A stretch of 14,403 nucleotides of DNA from Promethearchaeota archaeon (GTDB lineage: Archaea > Asgardarchaeota > Lokiarchaeia > Sigyniarchaeales > SOKP01): the NCBI GenBank assembly GCA_016930515.1, contig JAFGGO010000154.1, positions 1 to 14,403 on the forward strand. The letters run 5' to 3'. Position 1 is the first letter of the stretch. Every line of letters starts with the position of its first letter. The translations under genes were made by a program, and so were the position numbers. The notes beneath the pieces were generated by a model, which saw only the letters and a program-made list of their open reading frames with translations, was not told the DNA's origin and ran no database searches. This document shows positions 1 to 7,161 of this stretch, piece by piece.

Positions 1-1
1 C

Positions 2-1234
2 ATGCACAGAATCGCAATCGTAAATGGAGCCAGAACACCAATAGGACGTTTCGGAAAAACATTAAGAGATATTCCTGCGGTAGATCTTGGATCTATAGCG
101 ATAAAAGCGGCAATTAGGCGCTCATGCATAGATCCAAGAAGTATTGATAATGTTATTTTTGGTGCAATTCATCAAGAGGGAATGGGAAACAATCCCACTC
201 GAATAGCTTCTTTAAAATCGGGAATACCTTATACTTCTGGCGCATTAACCGTAAATAATGTATGCTCTTCAGGAATGAAGGCGATTGAAATTGCAGCACA
301 TAGAATCATGCTTGGAATGGACGAAATTGTAATTGCAGGTGGAATGGAAAGCAATAGTCAATGTCCATACATGGTTTTGAACGCCCGATGGGGTCTCAGA
401 TTGGGAAATCAGCAAATGGTGGATGCCCTCTATTACGATGGTTTCAAGGATATATATGGAATGTATGGGAAGTACCAACATGTGGGCGAAACAGCAGAAA
501 ATATTTTAGAAAATATAGATATATTGCGCCAAGAATATAATTTACCTTCATTTTCGTTAAATTTTGAAGAAATCAACGAATTCGCATTTAAAAGTCATCA
601 AAAATACTTTAAAGCCAAATCTGAAGGTTTTTTTAAGGAAATTACTCCCGTTAAATACGATTTAAAAGGAAAAACAATCACTCTTTTTGATGACGAAAGT
701 CCTCGGAAAGATCTAACAATCGAAAATTTAAACCATATGAATCCCCTTTTCAGAAAAAACGGAAAGGTTACTGCGGGAAATGTAACCAACTTAAACGATG
801 GTGCCTGTGCCTTAGTATTAATGTCTGAACACAAATGCCAAGAATTAGGGTTAAATCCTTTAGGTTATTGGATAAACAGTTCGGAAGGAAATGTGAATCC
901 AAAATTTATGGGAATTGGGCCCATCATTGCTATTAGAAATTTACTGAACAAGGAAGGATTACATAGAGACCAAATTGATTTATACGAAATAAACGAGGCA
1001 CAGGCGCAACAGGTTCTATTTTGTGTGAAAGCATTAGAATTAGATCTTAAGAAGGTAAATGTTAATGGGGGATCTATTGCCATGGGTCATCCCCCTGGAA
1101 TGACGGGTGCCAGACTTATTTTGACTGCTTTATATGAATTGCGCAGGAAAGAGAGAAACCTAGCTATTTGTTCCCAATGTGCTGGTGGAGGAACGGGAAT
1201 GGCTACTTTAATTAAAAAAGCAAGTTCAAGTTAG
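2..1234 (+). CDS. Thiolase (acetyl-CoA C-acetyl/acyltransferase)
   Basis: N-terminal ARTPIGRF, catalytic Cys motif NNVCSSGMKAI, AGGMES, TAGN..LNDGA, EINEAQA (NEAF-like), NGGSIAMGHPPGMTGAR and C-terminal CAGGG. ATG at 2 fits the usual thiolase N-terminus. Confidence 0.97.
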   Translation: MHRIAIVNGARTPIGRFGKTLRDIPAVDLGSIAIKAAIRRSCIDPRSIDNVIFGAIHQEGMGNNPTRIASLKSGIPYTSGALTVNNVCSSGMKAIEIAAHRIMLGMDEIVIAGGMESNSQCPYMVLNARWGLRLGNQQMVDALYYDGFKDIYGMYGKYQHVGETAENILENIDILRQEYNLPSFSLNFEEINEFAFKSHQKYFKAKSEGFFKEITPVKYDLKGKTITLFDDESPRKDLTIENLNHMNPLFRKNGKVTAGNVTNLNDGACALVLMSEHKCQELGLNPLGYWINSSEGNVNPKFMGIGPIIAIRNLLNKEGLHRDQIDLYEINEAQAQQVLFCVKALELDLKKVNVNGGSIAMGHPPGMTGARLILTALYELRRKERNLAICSQCAGGGTGMATLIKKASSS

Positions 1235-1369
1235 ATATAGGCAAATCTTTAGCTCTATATTTTTAAATTTAAATTTCGTACTGTTGTAATACTTTTCATC
1301 TACTTTTGATAATATTAAAAAACCGAAATTATATTATATTTTTAGACAACAGATAAGGTGTTGAATATT

Positions 1370-4153
1370 ATGGAAAATATTTTGAATACTCTAGATCTAT
1401 CTAAAGAAGCAATTAATCTTTATCTTAATATCTCGGGCAAAATTCCATTAAGCAGAGAAGATATTATTGAAAATAATCCAGATATCACGCGAGAAAACAT
1501 TATAAAGATTATCAATCAATTACTTGAAGCTAAATTATTAACTAATGTCGTACCTAACAACAGGGATACAGTTCCAAGATATTTACCCCTTCCACCGTTT
1601 GCTGCCATTTATAAGATGTATGGTAATGTTGAAAAAGAAGACACTAAAACATATAAGGAAGTAGGCACAAAAATAGAATCTATTGTATCTGAGATTCTTG
1701 AAGAATCAAGTAAAGCCGTCGGATTAGACTCTATTATTAATGAACTAACTAGTTTGAGAGATAATTTTGATACTGAATCTTCTGAAATCAGAAATGAGGT
1801 TCAGGAAGTAATGAACGAAATGCAAACAAGGGATGATTCTTCATTGTTTTACTTAAATTTTGAAGATGCTTTAAAGGAAATCATACATTCAAAATTTGCT
1901 AATATATTGGAAATAATACTACAGATTGAAAGTGTTGAAGAAAAATTTAAACCTGAGTTTTTAGATCAGAAGCAATGGAATCAAATAAAATCTTATTTCA
2001 AGAACCTTTTAGCCCAAAATATACATAAAAAAACACTTGAATTGGATACTAAAATTTCTGAAAAATTTACAGAATTAAAAAATTACTTTGCCTCAAAGCT
2101 TGCAATTAGCATGGAAGAGCAATTTGGACAAAATGTTGTTAATTTAGGAATTCTAAGGATTGTAATTGATGAAATTAATCAACTATTGGAAAAATTAAAA
2201 AATAAAAAAGATTCCGAAATAAAATCTTCTAAAGTAAAAGAACTAACAAGAAAAAAAATATTTTTAGAATTAAATATTTTTAACAAGCAATTTATTCAAA
2301 GTATCAAGCAAGTTGAAGCATTTCTTCCCGAAATTATAGAGAATTATTTTAGAATAGACGAAATCTGGCAGATATCTAATACTGGCAGTATAAGAGAAGA
2401 AATATCAAAGATAGCTAATAATTCTCTTGAAAATGCGATCATTATAATCCCTAAAATATCTGAATTTCTGGATTTAAATATCTTGCGAGAGCGTAAAAAT
2501 AAAAATCTTCTAAAGATAATATCTTCTGATTCTCACGATAGCGAAATCGTAAAAGAACTCAAAACATATCCGAGTATTGAATTTTTGCAAATTGAAAAAA
2601 ACAAAACGATACTAATAAAGGGAAAGGGAATTTTGATCATTGGTTTCTCAAAATTAGAAGAAAACGAATTCAAAAAGTCAATAAGGGCATTTGGTATTAT
2701 TTCCGATGATTTTATAGAACTTTTAAATCCAATTGCCAAAATTTTAGAAGAACAAGGAAAACCCTCTATAAATGTTCAAATTAACAAAAATTTTGATCGA
2801 ATGATAGAAAATATCCACAATTTTAAAGGTAAAAAACTTGGGAAATTACTGCAAACCAATTTAGATATTTTATCAAAAATTAAAGGAATTTCCTTAAAAT
2901 TATTAGAATTAAAGCTCCTTATAAGCAAGTTGAAAATAATAAATGTCCCATTAGATGAAGAATTCAAAAATAATCTCCTTGAAAAGATTCAGATTTGGAA
3001 CAATGAATTCACTGGCTTGCCTTTATCCTCTATGTCAAACAAAATTCAAGCCGAATCAGATAAAAATGTAATTGTTGAAGATTTAACTAAAGTTGATGCA
3101 ATACCATTTTTTAAAGAAAAAGAAGAAGAATTTGGAAAGCTAGATATTGAAAAAGTCGTACCATTATTCGACATTTTACTCGAAGAAGTTAGTAATAGCA
3201 AAGCAATCGATCTAAGCAATCAAATACAAAACGCGATAAATACACTCATCCAAATTCATGGATTTTCAATTATTACAACTTGGAAAGACGAGTTGAGAGC
3301 TCCGGAAAATGCTGATAAAATCTTAGAACCCCCATTCCAAGAAAAATTAAAAGAAGATTTGAATCGTTGGAAAGAAGAAATTCTCAAACAAAAATCTGTT
3401 TCTATTCCAATATCCAAGGAAAAAAATTTAATTCCTAAAGAAAAACAAGCACAGGAAATAGATTTAGGTGATTATGTAAGCCCAGGTTTGATGCAATCTC
3501 AGAGCGAAGACGCTCAAGAACAAGATGCAAATATAGGTCTATCGGAGGAGAACCCCCAAAAGTCTAACAACGAATTATTAAAGGAATATTTTGAACAACT
3601 TACAAGCCAAGTTGATACCCTTTCTGGAATAGAAATAAGTAACATATTACAAGATCTGGGAGACTCTCTCGTGGAAGAGTACGGATACATGGCAACGAAA
3701 GAAATAAGACTTCTTATTTCTAAAGTCAAGATATTTAGGGGACCAATTGAAGAAGACATCAAGAAGATATTCTTGGATGAAATAACCAAATTAAAGCAAA
3801 AATATGTGGAAAATGATAATGACGATTTGGTAGGCGATTATCAACCAAGTTTTACCATGATGGATACTGAACTAGAACCAATAATCACACCTGAAAGGGA
3901 AGAAGGAGGATCTGAACTATCTGCGCTCTTCTCCAAAGTTTTAGAGGATGTTCAGAATGTGGATGCAAGCCAATTAACTGATACTCTTCAGGAAATTGCA
4001 GATATCATAATGCTAACTAAAGGCTCTTTATCGGCTCGCTCCATTCGCCCATGGATAAGCAAGTTAAGGGCAATTCGAGAACGCCTAGATGAGGAAACAA
4101 AAGCGCAATTCATTGAAGAATTCTCACAAATGAAGGAAAAATTTTGTGAATAA
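1370..4153 (+). CDS. Large hypothetical protein: N-terminal TrmB-like winged HTH, coiled coil, TrmB-effector/PLD-like alpha/beta domain, four C-terminal ~75-aa helical repeats
   Basis: ORF of 931 aa from GTG 1358. ATG 1370 is preferred because AGGTG (1356-1360) is SD-like and lies 9 nt upstream. N-terminus LDLSKEAINLYL...IINQLLEAKLL...RYLPLPP resembles TrmB wHTH; IWQISNTGSIREEISKIANNSLENAIIIIP resembles the start of TrmB-type effector domains. Repeats are visible by eye. Domain calls are less certain than the CDS itself. Confidence 0.85.
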   Translation: MENILNTLDLSKEAINLYLNISGKIPLSREDIIENNPDITRENIIKIINQLLEAKLLTNVVPNNRDTVPRYLPLPPFAAIYKMYGNVEKEDTKTYKEVGTKIESIVSEILEESSKAVGLDSIINELTSLRDNFDTESSEIRNEVQEVMNEMQTRDDSSLFYLNFEDALKEIIHSKFANILEIILQIESVEEKFKPEFLDQKQWNQIKSYFKNLLAQNIHKKTLELDTKISEKFTELKNYFASKLAISMEEQFGQNVVNLGILRIVIDEINQLLEKLKNKKDSEIKSSKVKELTRKKIFLELNIFNKQFIQSIKQVEAFLPEIIENYFRIDEIWQISNTGSIREEISKIANNSLENAIIIIPKISEFLDLNILRERKNKNLLKIISSDSHDSEIVKELKTYPSIEFLQIEKNKTILIKGKGILIIGFSKLEENEFKKSIRAFGIISDDFIELLNPIAKILEEQGKPSINVQINKNFDRMIENIHNFKGKKLGKLLQTNLDILSKIKGISLKLLELKLLISKLKIINVPLDEEFKNNLLEKIQIWNNEFTGLPLSSMSNKIQAESDKNVIVEDLTKVDAIPFFKEKEEEFGKLDIEKVVPLFDILLEEVSNSKAIDLSNQIQNAINTLIQIHGFSIITTWKDELRAPENADKILEPPFQEKLKEDLNRWKEEILKQKSVSIPISKEKNLIPKEKQAQEIDLGDYVSPGLMQSQSEDAQEQDANIGLSEENPQKSNNELLKEYFEQLTSQVDTLSGIEISNILQDLGDSLVEEYGYMATKEIRLLISKVKIFRGPIEEDIKKIFLDEITKLKQKYVENDNDDLVGDYQPSFTMMDTELEPIITPEREEGGSELSALFSKVLEDVQNVDASQLTDTLQEIADIIMLTKGSLSARSIRPWISKLRAIRERLDEETKAQFIEEFSQMKEKFCE

Positions 4154-4237
4154 AACTCTTCTTTATCTTCCATAATTAGCAAAATTTTCAAATATTTTGG
4201 AGTTGATATCCTCGAAACACATAAATACACATAGAAG

Positions 4238-4261
4238 TTCGTGAAACGCTGATTTCACGAA
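4238..4261. repeat. Perfect 9-bp inverted repeat (hairpin or operator)
   Basis: TTCGTGAAA-CGCTGA-TTTCACGAA in the intergenic region. Confidence 0.6.
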
Positions 4262-4342
4262 GATTTCTCGTATTTAAAATCATTAGTTAGACGATTAAAA
4301 AGTAAACTTTTATTAATAGTTCTAACATAATCGAATATTAAG

Positions 4343-4365
4343 GACAATATATATTCTATATTGTC
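4343..4365. promoter_or_regulatory. Inverted repeat upstream of the serine hydrolase gene, possible operator
   Basis: GACAATATA-TATTC-TATATTGTC, 9-bp perfect arms, ending 32 nt before the TTG start. Regulatory role is inferred. Confidence 0.45.
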
Positions 4366-4397
4366 TTTCAACAACAACAGATTTAAGTGTATATATT

Positions 4398-5762
4398 TTG
4401 GCAAAAAATAAAAAGATTTTAGGAATTTTAGCTATTGCACTCCTATTTATTACTGCTTTTTCAAGCTGTATTATTCTTGGACGCGCAATAGATTATTTTC
4501 CTATGGACGACGATTCTTGGACTGAACGAACGTTAGAAGAAGGAGATTTTAACGAAACTCTTATTGACGAAATGTATGAATATATTCTTGATGAAAGTCA
4601 TTATATTGAAAGTATTTTGATCTCCCGCGACGGTTATATAGTACACGATCAATATTTGGAATATTCTAAACCAAGAGATGAGAGATCGTATGGCTCCTTC
4701 TCTCCGACTGTCGATCTGGCCGGTATGGATTGGACACAGAAGATAGGAGGAATGCACGCCATGTGGAGCGTGACAAAATCGGTAACTTCCCTGCTCACGG
4801 GAATTGCTATCGCAAATGGAAGTTTAGATAATGTATCCGTAAAATTCTTTGATATATTCCCGGACAGGTGGGACGCTTCTTTCCAAAACGCAACAGAATT
4901 GCAAAACATAACCGTTGAACACTTATTAACGATGACTTCTGGTATTATGTGGGATGAGGCAACCGATGGATTCGTAGAATGGTCAAAAGAATATAACGGA
5001 TTTAACCATAGCATTAGTTATATTCTTAACAAATCTCTCGAATTCGATCCAGGTACAACATTTGAGTATTCGACAGGAAGTACGGAGCTTCTCGCATGTG
5101 TATTGCAAAATGTAACAAACATGTTGCTCTCCGATTTTGCGTGGGAATATCTTTTTGAACCAATCGGAATAGATCATGGCGATCTAATGTGGCTAGAAGA
5201 TCCATGGGAATGGGGTTCAGGATCTTTAACGAACATTTCTCACGGAGGATACGGTATCTATATGACTCCACGTGCGATGGCTCGAATTGGAGAATTAGTC
5301 TTAAATAACGGATCCTGGGATGGTGTTCAAGTTGTTCCTAAAGATTGGATTATTAATTCGTCCTTGGAGCATTCTACTCCAATAGGTATCGGAGAAAATG
5401 CAATGTATGGGTATCTATGGTGGATCCGCCCAAGTAGCTCATCCGATCACGGAGTTCGATATTTCTCGGCCGTAGGAGCATTTGGGCAAAAGATTACCAT
5501 CGTCCCTGATTACGATATGGTAATTGCGATTACATCAGACACGATTTTAGAACCGGGAACAGAAGCCGCAAGCCCGACCTGCATTGATTACATGATAGAC
5601 AATTTTATCATTCCCGCAGTTATTACGGGATGGACACCACCACCAGAAACACCAACAACTCCACCAGCAGGAATACCCGGTTTCGATTTGTATATTTCCA
5701 TTGCAGTAATAGGTTTAATTTCAATCGTATTAATCGTAAGAATTAAATCTAAATCTAATTAA
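4398..5762 (+). CDS. Secreted, C-terminally anchored serine hydrolase of the beta-lactamase/AmpC-like family
   Basis: Signal peptide (MAKNKK + hydrophobic stretch), SxxK = WSVTKS, ITVEHLLTMTSG, PGTTFEYST (Y-x-N/T), MTPRAMARIGELVLNNGSWDG, YGYLWW, AVGAFGQ. C-terminus is a P/T linker, IPGF, a TM helix and a basic tail. TTG start. Confidence 0.95.
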   Translation: MAKNKKILGILAIALLFITAFSSCIILGRAIDYFPMDDDSWTERTLEEGDFNETLIDEMYEYILDESHYIESILISRDGYIVHDQYLEYSKPRDERSYGSFSPTVDLAGMDWTQKIGGMHAMWSVTKSVTSLLTGIAIANGSLDNVSVKFFDIFPDRWDASFQNATELQNITVEHLLTMTSGIMWDEATDGFVEWSKEYNGFNHSISYILNKSLEFDPGTTFEYSTGSTELLACVLQNVTNMLLSDFAWEYLFEPIGIDHGDLMWLEDPWEWGSGSLTNISHGGYGIYMTPRAMARIGELVLNNGSWDGVQVVPKDWIINSSLEHSTPIGIGENAMYGYLWWIRPSSSSDHGVRYFSAVGAFGQKITIVPDYDMVIAITSDTILEPGTEAASPTCIDYMIDNFIIPAVITGWTPPPETPTTPPAGIPGFDLYISIAVIGLISIVLIVRIKSKSN

Positions 5763-5771
5763 TATTTAAAA

Positions 5772-5787
5772 TTTTTTTTATTTTTTT
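5772..5787 (+). terminator. Oligo-T tract, probable archaeal terminator
   Basis: TTTTTTTTATTTTTTT beginning 10 nt after the hydrolase stop codon. Confidence 0.55.
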
Positions 5788-5820
5788 AGCGTTGTACCAA
5801 TAAATCAAATAACTCATTAA

Positions 5821-5825
5821 GAGGT
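5821..5825 (+). promoter_or_regulatory. Shine-Dalgarno-like site
   Basis: GAGGT 7 nt upstream of ATG 5833. Confidence 0.55.
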
Positions 5826-5832
5826 TGGAATT

Positions 5833-6291
5833 ATGTTAATTGGAGCAGCATTACAGGAATTAAAAACATTGAAGAGTAAATTAGCAAGATTATATATTCT
5901 GCGACGAGACACTTTCAATGTGCTTGAAAACAAGATAATTGAAGTCGAGTTTGAGAAGGTTACTGAAGATATTAGAAATTTACTAGAGGAAATAAAAAAA
6001 CTGAAAGGAAATATCGCAAAAACTAACGCAAAAACCATCATAGAGCTTGATGGAATACAAATCACTATGCAAGAGTTAATCATAACCATTGGTGATTTGA
6101 AATCCGAATTGTATCAGCTTGAATATTTAAAGCCAAGAGGCGCGGTATATCTAGGTGGTCAAGCCGTGGAATATATTCCTCAAAAGCGACAAGACGAAAT
6201 GGCAACTATTATTGCAAATCTAGAGGAAAAAAAGGCTGAATTGGACAAGATATTACAATCAAAAAACTGGCAAATTGAACTCGTCGATTAA
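5833..6291 (+). CDS. DIP1984-family / DUF6847-like all-helical coiled-coil protein
   Basis: 152 aa. Pattern MLIGAAL...L...IAKTNAKT.....ITMQELI...L...ELDKILQSKNWQIEL matches my recollection of the DIP1984 consensus (MKLAEAL...INRTN..T...TL.EAL...ELD..IQ..NW..EL). SD-like site present. Family recognised by eye. Confidence 0.8.
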   Translation: MLIGAALQELKTLKSKLARLYILRRDTFNVLENKIIEVEFEKVTEDIRNLLEEIKKLKGNIAKTNAKTIIELDGIQITMQELIITIGDLKSELYQLEYLKPRGAVYLGGQAVEYIPQKRQDEMATIIANLEEKKAELDKILQSKNWQIELVD

Positions 6292-6539
6292 AAATTACTT
6301 TTAAAGAAAAACAATCTGGAAATCTCGAGATGACGAGAAAAATCCTTCCGGATAAATCGATTTTCAATCGATCTCGGTTCGAATCCGAATTTGTAATGTG
6401 ATGTCTTAACGATCAAGACTTATTGATTAAAGATTACAGATTAATGTTTACAGCTTATCAATTATCTCGAACATTTCGAGATTAAAGACAGGATCTTTGG
6501 AGAATTACTCCGCAGGTTTAGATTCTTGAAAGTAATTTT
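6291..6539 (+). ncRNA. Candidate structured ncRNA / 3'-UTR element (~250 nt) downstream of the DIP1984-like gene
   Basis: Nested stems: 6291-6304/6526-6539, 6313-6320/6517-6524, 6321-6332/6472-6483, 6334-6338/6465-6469. Local hairpins: 6342-6353, 6356-6372, 6374-6388 (T-loop), 6484-6498, 6499-6511. Several G-U pairs work only on the + strand. Confidence 0.7.
6397..6466 (+). repeat. Degenerate 7-nt tandem array, ten units, consensus (G)(A/C)TTAxx
   Basis: TGTGATG TCTTAAC GATCAAG ACTTATT GATTAAA GATTACA GATTAAT GTTTACA GCTTATC AATTATC. T at position 3 and A at position 5 in 10/10 units; TTA in 8/10. Confidence 0.8.
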
Positions 6540-6600
6540 ATATAATTTAACAATTAAATTTTTGTTATGAAAAGAAGTTAGACTAAAAATTATTAATTCT

Positions 6601-7161
6601 TTAAGCTGCGATCCAACATTGTGCTCTTCCTTTCTTTCCCTTGCGCAAAACTTTTTTAGCACTTTCCAAGTCAGACATGATTTTCCATATTTGTGCGTTC
6701 GAAACCTTGAAGTATCTTCGAAGTTCGGGAGTGGACATTTCTATTTCGCTTAACACATTAACGATTAACCTTTCGATTTCGTCAAGCTCGTTTGTGTTAA
6801 TGTTTTCTCCATCTTTACTCTCCTCGTCGTCATTAGGAGTCTCCATTTCGTTCATGTATCTATTAGCGATCTTGTTTAATTGTTGAATGTTATTTTCGAT
6901 CCCTTGTGGTTTCATAAAAAGGCAACACAATTCTAAATCTCTAGGAAAAGCAACGATATAGAAATTATCGTAAAGAATAGCTCTTGGTTTTTTACCAGCG
7001 TTTCCTCCCCTAAACGCCAAATAAAAACTCATTGCAAATTCGTCCAAGTTCACTATATTCGTTCCTTGTCCGTTTTCTTTCTTCCACTTCAAAAAAGGAC
7101 CATCAATCATGTCAAAACCAATCAAAGCAGCGCCAAATAATTCGTTTTCGTTAAAATTCAA
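6601..7161 (-). CDS. Longin/uDENN-like N-terminal domain fused to a C-terminal winged HTH
   Basis: N-terminal ALIGFDMIDGPFLKW resembles the uDENN/longin FDxxxGP strand-turn. Acidic linker, then IVNVLSEIEMSTPELRRYFKVSNAQIWKIMSDLESAKKVLRKGKKGRAQCW (wHTH-like). TTG start overlaps the GTPase TGA stop (TTGA); GAGGT lies upstream. Confidence 0.75.
   Translation of the reverse strand: MNFNENELFGAALIGFDMIDGPFLKWKKENGQGTNIVNLDEFAMSFYLAFRGGNAGKKPRAILYDNFYIVAFPRDLELCCLFMKPQGIENNIQQLNKIANRYMNEMETPNDDEESKDGENINTNELDEIERLIVNVLSEIEMSTPELRRYFKVSNAQIWKIMSDLESAKKVLRKGKKGRAQCWIAA

Noticed and set aside
4398-5762. Antibiotic-resistance beta-lactamase
   Set aside because: The fold motifs are shared with many esterases and amidases; YST and AVG replace the typical class C YxN and KTG motifs, so resistance is unsupported.
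6335-6400. Bona fide tRNA-Glu(UUC) gene
   Set aside because: T-arm and anticodon-like arm are present, but there is no acceptor stem, no D-loop GG and only 1 nt between the arms. Reported as a tRNA-like domain instead.
6397-6466. CRISPR array
   Set aside because: Units are 7 nt with no spacers, and there are no cas genes in the window.
6321-6483. Eukaryote-like SECIS element (ATGA at 6330-6333 opposite GA at 6469-6470), as known from Lokiarchaeota
   Set aside because: The register of the CGAGA/TCTCG helix does not give the tandem GA quartet plus helix II. The enclosed region is far too long, and the flanking genes have no in-frame TGA.
6291-6539. MITE / non-autonomous transposon with terminal inverted repeats
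   Set aside because: The terminal complementarity includes G-U pairs and bulges, there is extensive strand-specific internal structure, and no clear target-site duplication or transposase is seen. Not fully excluded without a genome-wide copy search.
6462-6662. 66-aa minus-strand ORF overlapping the candidate RNA
   Set aside because: It overlaps the 6601-7161 gene out of frame, has no recognisable motif, and is most likely spurious.
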